Of a stretch of 64,000 nucleotides of DNA, positions 56,074-64,000 are shown one piece after another. Every line of letters begins with the position of its first letter. Within the stretch, counting starts at the first letter, position 1. Made by a program: the position numbers and the translations under genes. Below the pieces are notes generated by a model, which did not search any database, was not told the origin of the DNA, and saw nothing but the letters and a program-made list of their open reading frames with translations. The DNA comes from Eledone cirrhosa (taxonomy: Eukaryota): positions 47,492,001-47,556,000 of the forward strand of contig OZ024741.1 in assembly GCA_964016885.1 (NCBI GenBank), given 5' to 3'.

Positions 56074-56293
56074 TATATTGTATTGTTTATTATACATTAA
56101 ATTTTGCTCTGGTACTTACATAGAGCACTCTTCACTCCTATGACTTTTTCAATTTTCAACGGAGCCTTCAATACTTATACAGCTCCCAAGGGAATGATCA
56201 CAGCATATTCTACATTTTTATGAGATTGGCACCTTCCAGCCCTTTTAAAGTCGAGCACTCTTCAGTCAATAGTATTTTAAACCAATACTGAAC

Positions 56294-58430
56294 ATGGATA
56301 AATACCCTTTGGATTACTCTATCAAGAATATCCAACACCTTCTAACACTTTCTACACGAAAATGCTGATAGACAAAGTAGAGAAGGTTGTTGAAAGAATG
56401 AGATGGAAAGCTTTGATTCTCAATGGACATTTTAACACAGATTCTACGGAACATTTTGACATCAAAACTCATAAATACCCGCAAAGAGTAAAAGATATGA
56501 CCGCTTTTGAACTAGACTTAGTTAATCTAATCAACAATATCAATTTTCGTAAGTACTCTAACCCTTTTCAATCTAAACTATATAATGATATTTCAATATT
56601 CAAATCTTCTAAAAATAAGTTCATTTTCTCCGACAAAACTAAAAACCTATATGAAGTTAATAATAATTTACACGATCAACTATTAATAGATAATATCACC
56701 TCTAAATACCAAATAGCTAATATAAATACGTATCATAATATAAATAAGGAAGCTAAAGAATTAGCTGTTTCTTTAAAAATAGATAATAGGACAGAAAAAC
56801 TTGCTAAACGTAATGAATATATTACTCTTAAAGATCACAAACCCGACTTTATTAATCGTCCTAGTTGTAGATTAATCAACCCTGCTAAGACTGATATTGG
56901 TCTTGCCAGCAAAATAATCTTAAATAATATAAACACACACATTAGAAGTAAGTCTAAGTTACTCCAATGGATAAATAGCTCTTCCGTAGTACATTGGTTT
57001 AATAAAATTAAAGATAAAAATAGTTCTAGGATCACCCAATTTGACATTGTAGATTTCTACCCATCTATCACTCAAACTCTTTTAGCGAAAGCTTTAAATT
57101 TCGCTAGAAAGTTTACCAATATCTCTGATATTGAAGAGAATGTCATCTTGCACGCTAGAAACACTCTACTCTTTACTGATAATGACACTTGGGTAAAAAT
57201 ATCTAACCCAGAGAGCCCATTCGATGTCTCAATGGGCTCTTTTGATAGTGCTGATGTTTGTGATTTAGTCGGCCCATTCCTCCTACACACAATTAAAGAA
57301 AAATTCCCTAACCATATTTTTGGACTTTATCGCGACGATGGTCTAATACTTTCCCATACCACCATAGGCCATAACTTAGATAGATTAAGTAAAGACTTAA
57401 TAAAAACCTTTGCTAGTTTCAATCTTAAAATTACTATTGACACTAACCTTTCCAATGTTAATTTCCTAGATATAAACCTAGATTTGCCTACTGCTTCTTA
57501 TAAACCATACCATAAACCTAATGAAAATTTAAAATATATAAATAAAGGCTCTTGCCATCCTCCTATAGTTTTAAAAACCTTATCCCTAATATTAGCCGGA
57601 GGATCTCCACCATCTCTTCCTCAGAAGCTATTTTCAATAAGGCATCCCCCTACTATAATAAAGCCCTCCAAAATAGCGGATTTAGCGAACCGATTAAATA
57701 CATACCCAACTATACTAACTCTATTAAACATAAAAACAGGAAAAGAAAAATAATCTGGTTCACACACCCCTACTCTCTAGCAGTTAAAACTAATGTAGGC
57801 AAAAAATTCCTAGAACTCTTAGATAAACATTTCCCTAGAACACATAGATACAATAAGATCTTTAATAGAAACTGTGTCAAAATTAGCTACTCCTGCGGTC
57901 CCCCTATTAAATCTTATATCATCAACAAAAAATCACCTAGAGAACATCAAAATTGCTCCTGTAGATTCAAAATTGAATGCCCATTACAAGGTAAATGCAA
58001 CGCCAAAGCCATTGTATATGCGGCTAAAGTGACAACCATCAGCAACAACCAACCAGCCACCAGTGAACGATATGTGGGTATGACACAAGACAAATTCAAA
58101 ACGCGTTATTACTCACATGTCGCATCCTTTCGACATCCAGAAAAAAGATTCACAACAGCTCTGGCTAGCAGAATATGGGATTTGAAAGACCAAGGTATCC
58201 AATATAAATTGGATTGGTCAATTTTGAACCAATCTAAAGAATATGCAAGAGGAACAAGAAAATGCTCGCTCAGCATAAATGAAAAATATTGGATTTTACA
58301 AAACCTTAAATCACCAAAAACCTGCCTAAATACAAAGACAGAAATTTTCACCAGTTGCCCACACATGAAATCACACTTGCTTTCCAGCTCATATAAACTT
58401 AACACACTTTCAGATACTTATCCTCCATAG
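56294..58430 (+). pseudogene. PLE RT + CxCx5C + GIY-YIG ORF with frameshifts near 56330 and 57580
   Basis: YSIKNI, ERMRWKA, SDKT, FDIVDFYPSI, SMGS, GLYRDDGL, NFLD, CSCRFKIECPLQGKC, AIVY..YVGMT..KTRY. Confidence 0.9.
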
Positions 58431-59735
58431 GCTCTTATTCTTCACTTAAATTATTCTCTTTAAAGACTACTCTTTCTGATTTACTTTTTTAACCTTATTA
58501 TTAATTTTATTTTTATTTTTATTTTTACTTCACATCCACCAGTAACCCCCCCCCCTTTTATTCTTCGATTTACTTACCTAATATCTTCACTTTCGACTTT
58601 TTACTTCCCTATTTTCTTTACTACCTGATTACACAAGTCACTTGCGTTTTCCAATCCAGATATTTTCTGTAATTTCGCAGCCAATTTTATATTTTTATAT
58701 TTGTACTGACTTATTCATAAGGCTGCTTTACAAAGAGTATCTATGTGTCTGAGCGTCTTTATGTGTGTATACTTTCTGTATATGTACACGAATGCCTCCG
58801 TATGTGCGCGTGCGTGCGTGTGTATATATATGTGTATGTATGTGTGTTTTTATATCTGTTTTTACATCTATTTTTTTACATTCTTATTTTTATGTGTGTG
58901 CTTGTAAGCGGGTCAATGTGCGTGAATGTATATATGTGTGTATGTGTGTATATATGTATTGTATGTATGGGTGTGTATGTGTGCGTGTGTATATATATAT
59001 ATATATATTATGTATATATGTGTGTGTATACAGTCGCGTACATACGTGTGATTAGATATACATGGGGCGATATGTATGTATGTATATATGTGCATCCTGT
59101 GTGTGTATGTACGCTTGCATACGCTTTTGTCTGCACGTATTGCGTGTATATATATAATTTTTTTTATAGATATATATTTCTCATAGATATATGTGTATGT
59201 ACGCGTGTACCTTGTTTGTTTTCTTTTCTTTTCTCTTCTCTAGTGTTAATTGACTACTTTCTCTTTCATTTAAATATTGTTCCATTTTTATAAATATATC
59301 GAGAATGACACTTTCTTTTAACTATTACACTCCCTTACCACTTTATCTTCCACATATAAGTAATCGCGCGTGTATGTGTGTTTATACGCGTGCCTTCATA
59401 TTCTTATATGTATCTAACACCCTGTTTATGTATACATGTCAACGAGATTATAAATTTATTTTCAACTTATATTATATCCGTATTTGTGGTTACATATACA
59501 CAAATATACTTGCCCTCACATATATATTTACGCACACATTTTCACCATACACACGCATTTGTACATACATACATACATATGTGAGTGTATATACATACAT
59601 ATACACACACCTAACTATATTTCCTTATATTTTTTAATATATTTTATATGTCTATTGCATTACTTTTATTTATATATATATATATATTTTGCTTTTCTTG
59701 AGGAGACTTTCCAAATATTTCACTATGTTTTATAA

Positions 59736-59809
59736 TGCCTCGTCCGACGAACGAATGAGGACGTTTCTTTCGTATTCGTCTTATTCGGGAAACCTCTGGT
59801 AATGAGGTA
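59736..59809 (+). ncRNA. Variant-core hammerhead (CCGACGA) in the 3' pLTR
   Basis: Same fold as 55996-56073. Confidence 0.7.
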
Positions 59810-59844
59810 ATTATATTGTATTGTTTATTATACATTATATATAT

Positions 59845-60900
59845 ATATTGTTATACTTGGCGAGGGTCATATTTGTGTAATATTGCCAGAATTAATAACA
59901 GAACACACTCACTGTTTGGTTGGTTTTCGCTTCTCGCTGTCTTTTATATCGGTAATCTAACTTACTCGGTCCTCAATGTTGCCATTGACTGACCGACGGT
60001 CAAAAATAATACAGATACAATATAGACACAAACACATATATAGTTTATCATAAATCTTTCGTTGCACATCTGCAACATCGTCAGTGGTGTTACATTTTCC
60101 TCCTGTTGTGTTGTATGTCTACGCCATTTTTATTCAGTCTGTCTATATATTTATTTATTTATTTGCTTGTTTGTTTATTTTATTTCGTCTTCTTTGCGCA
60201 TGCGTTTGCGTGTGTGTATAGTGTTATTTTTGCTGTGTGATGGGTGACTAGTGTGTGTTTATGTGCTTGTTGTTATTGTGCTTGTGTATGTATTTATTTA
60301 TTTATTTATCTTATTTTATTTACTTATTTATACTTCTCTTAGGTCAGTGTTGTTTGTTTGGGTGTTGTTGTTATTCCATTCATTCTTTCTGTTTAGCTTT
60401 GGTCTTCTAATTTCTATTTCACTGGCCTCTCTGATTTGCCTATCTGCTGGGTCATTTCTATGTTTAGATATTATTCTAATTTCTATGTTGTCTATGTTAC
60501 CGTCATGTTGTTGTCTAGCATGTTCGTATAGTACTGACCCGTTTTTTCGTCCTTTTAGTTCCCCCCAGTGTTGGTCTATCCTTTCACCTATGCTACGAGC
60601 TGTCTCACCTATGTATGTTGTTGTCATGTTTCTGCAAGTACCCTCTGTACATCTTATGCTATAGACTACGTTTCTAGTTTTACAGTTTATCCGGGGGTTC
60701 ACCTTACATATGATACATTTCCTATTGGTACAGTGGGTTTTCTTAAAAGGGTAGGTTTTGCTGATCAGGGATTTTATGGTGGTTCCTGGCTTTCGATATA
60801 AAAGACAGCGAGAAGCGAAAACCAGCCAAACAGTGAGTGTGTTCTGTTATTAATTCTGGCAATATTACACAAATATGACCCTCCCCAAGTATAACAATAT
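59845..60900 (-). mobile_element. 5'-truncated PLE family C (GIY-YIG end) with inverted pLTR copy
   Basis: NCKTRNVVYSIRC..YIGETARS..ER..H; 59845-59951 is inverted at 60794-60900. Confidence 0.82.
60046..60089 (-). ncRNA. Degenerate type I hammerhead
   Basis: cacca-CTGACGA-gttgca gatg tgcaac-GAAA-gatt-TA-tgata; stems I and III eroded. Confidence 0.55.
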
Positions 60901-60954
60901 TTGTTTCGACACACGATTTCATATAAAAAACCTCGCAAAACTATATATATATAC

Positions 60955-61393
60955 ATATATATATATGAATGTTTATATAGTGTATTTTGCAATACACTTT
61001 ATGCTTAATTAAAAGCATTTTGAAGACCGTATGCTATTTTTTTAGAGTAGTGACAGATTCACTTACTTTAATTTCAGCAAACAGGGGGAGATAAAGCTGA
61101 CAAGGCCTTGTTTCTGCATTTATTGATGCTTATCAAAGCCAACTACTCCCTCAAGTCTGCTGAAATTACGGATGTTATGTTCTTATAGAATTCTAGTAAA
61201 TAGTAAATGCTTTGATAAGCATCAATTAATGCAGAAACAAGGCCTTGTCAGATTTATCTCCCCCTGTTTGCTGAAATTAAAGTAAGTGAGTCTGTCACTA
61301 CTCTAAAACAATAGCATACAGTCTTCAAAATGCTTTTAATTAAGCATAAAGTGTATTGCAAAATACATTATATATACATTCATATATATATAT
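60955..61393. repeat. ~185-bp inverted repeats with 69-bp spacer, related to the 43.4-kb pLTR module
   Basis: 60955-61139 versus 61209-61393; shares GTCTTCAAAATG and GCTATTTCAGAGCA with 43477-43727. Confidence 0.8.
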
Positions 61394-61412
61394 GGCTATT
61401 TCAGAGCACCAA

Positions 61413-62877
<1,465 letters not shown>

Positions 62878-62880
<3 letters not shown>

Positions 62881-63540
62881 TCTGCACACAATGCCCAGGT
62901 CTCACTGCCATGCAACATTGCTGTTCGTATGCAGGCATCATACAACCTGCCTCCCTAAAAATGAAAGGCAGGTTGTATGATGCCTGCATACGAACAGCAA
63001 TGTTGCATGGCAGTGAGACCTGGGCATTGTGTGCAGAGGAAATACGCAGACTAGAGAGGAACGAAGCTTGCATGCTCCGCTGGATCTGTAATAGTAATAT
63101 ACGTGAACGGCAAAGCATTAACGAACTAAGGGAAAAATTAGAAATAAGAGGGATCAGGTGTTGTTTACTCGAAAGAAGGCTACGTTGGTATGGCACATGA
63201 AAGACGACAGCTGTATAAAAAAGTGCAGGGCAATAAAGATAGACGGTAGCCACGGAGTAGGCAGACCCAGAAAAACCTGGGACGACTTGATAAATTCCGA
63301 CCTCACACACTTACACCTCTCCAAGACAATGTCACTGGACCGAGATCTTTGGCGGTACTCAGTAATAGAGAAGACCCGCCTTACCTAAATACAAAGTAAA
63401 ACCTACTACAGTCAGTAGGCACCTCTAACAAAATACACCCCCGTCCCACCACCCCCACCCCATCCACACCACCCCTTTCAATGTAAAGTTATGTTGGTGC
63501 CACAACATCCAGGCCGAAACAAATGAGGTCGTGTAGGTGT
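62878..63540 (+). mobile_element. RTE 3' fragment with 75-bp inverted duplication at its 5' end
   Basis: 62878-62952 is the reverse complement of 62966-63040; the rest matches 44155-44557 inverted. Confidence 0.85.
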
Positions 63541-63545
63541 AAATA

Positions 63546-64000
63546 AATAAGGCAATCAAAGATATGAAGACGGGTAAGGCAGCTGCGCCTTCGGAAATAG
63601 TTGCTGAAATGCTGAAAGCATCTGGAACGGTGGGACACACTATGGTCACCCGGATAGTAAACCAAGTCATACAGAATCGGGTCGTTCCGAAGGACTGGCA
63701 GAGCAGCATCATCATTAACTGCTACAAGGGTAAAGGAAATGCCCTAGATAGGAGTAACTATAGAGGCATTAAATTAATCGACCAGGTCATGAAGGTCATA
63801 GAAAAAGTAATAGCGCAACTAATCAGAGAGCGAATTGATCTAGATGAAATTCAGTTCGGGTTTGTGTCAGGTAAAAGTACCACAGACTCTTTTCATTGTA
63901 CGACAACTACAGGAGAAGTACCTAGCTAAAAGTAAACCCCTATACTTAGCTTTTGTCGACTTGGAGAAAGCCTTTGACAGAGTACCCCGCTCGATTATCT
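63546..64000 (+). mobile_element. RTE RT fragment running off the window
   Basis: [20 protein letters not shown]; frameshift near 63890. Confidence 0.88.

Larger units (their letters stand above)
55851..59837 (+). mobile_element. Full-length PLE family B (Hydra-clade-like) with two pLTRs
   Basis: Direct repeats at about 55890-56099 and 59628-59837; 5' inverted 41-bp piece (55851-55891 versus 56139-56179); TA flanks. Confidence 0.9.

Overview
Eukaryotic, AT-rich, repeat-dense genomic DNA. The SINE/RTE/(TA)n complement resembles an octopod cephalopod; this is inference and cannot be confirmed here. Bases 1-10.3 kb hold the last six coding exons of a maspardin (SPG21) orthologue, which the ORF track misses. 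Its introns are filled with tRNA-derived SINEs and MITEs. From about 13.7 kb to the end there is no host gene. Instead there is a nested retroelement pile-up inside very long degenerate (TA)n arrays. It contains several RTE-clade LINE copies with a PHD-like finger inside the RT and a near full-length CR1-group LINE whose ORF1 is Myb-like/polyQ/2xCCCH. It also contains a compact 4.15-kb Gypsy-like LTR retrotransposon with a -1 frameshift signal, an apparent 7-bp TSD and no canonical PBS. At least four coding Penelope-like element (PLE) families are present, plus several non-coding pLTR/retrozyme-like modules. The most notable signal is a set of type I hammerhead ribozyme folds from about nine distinct repeat families. 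Three have non-canonical catalytic cores (CAGAAGA, CCGACGA, UUGGAAA) within intact stem architecture, and several sit in snap-back palindromes. All long Ile/Tyr-rich ORFs in the track are microsatellite artefacts.
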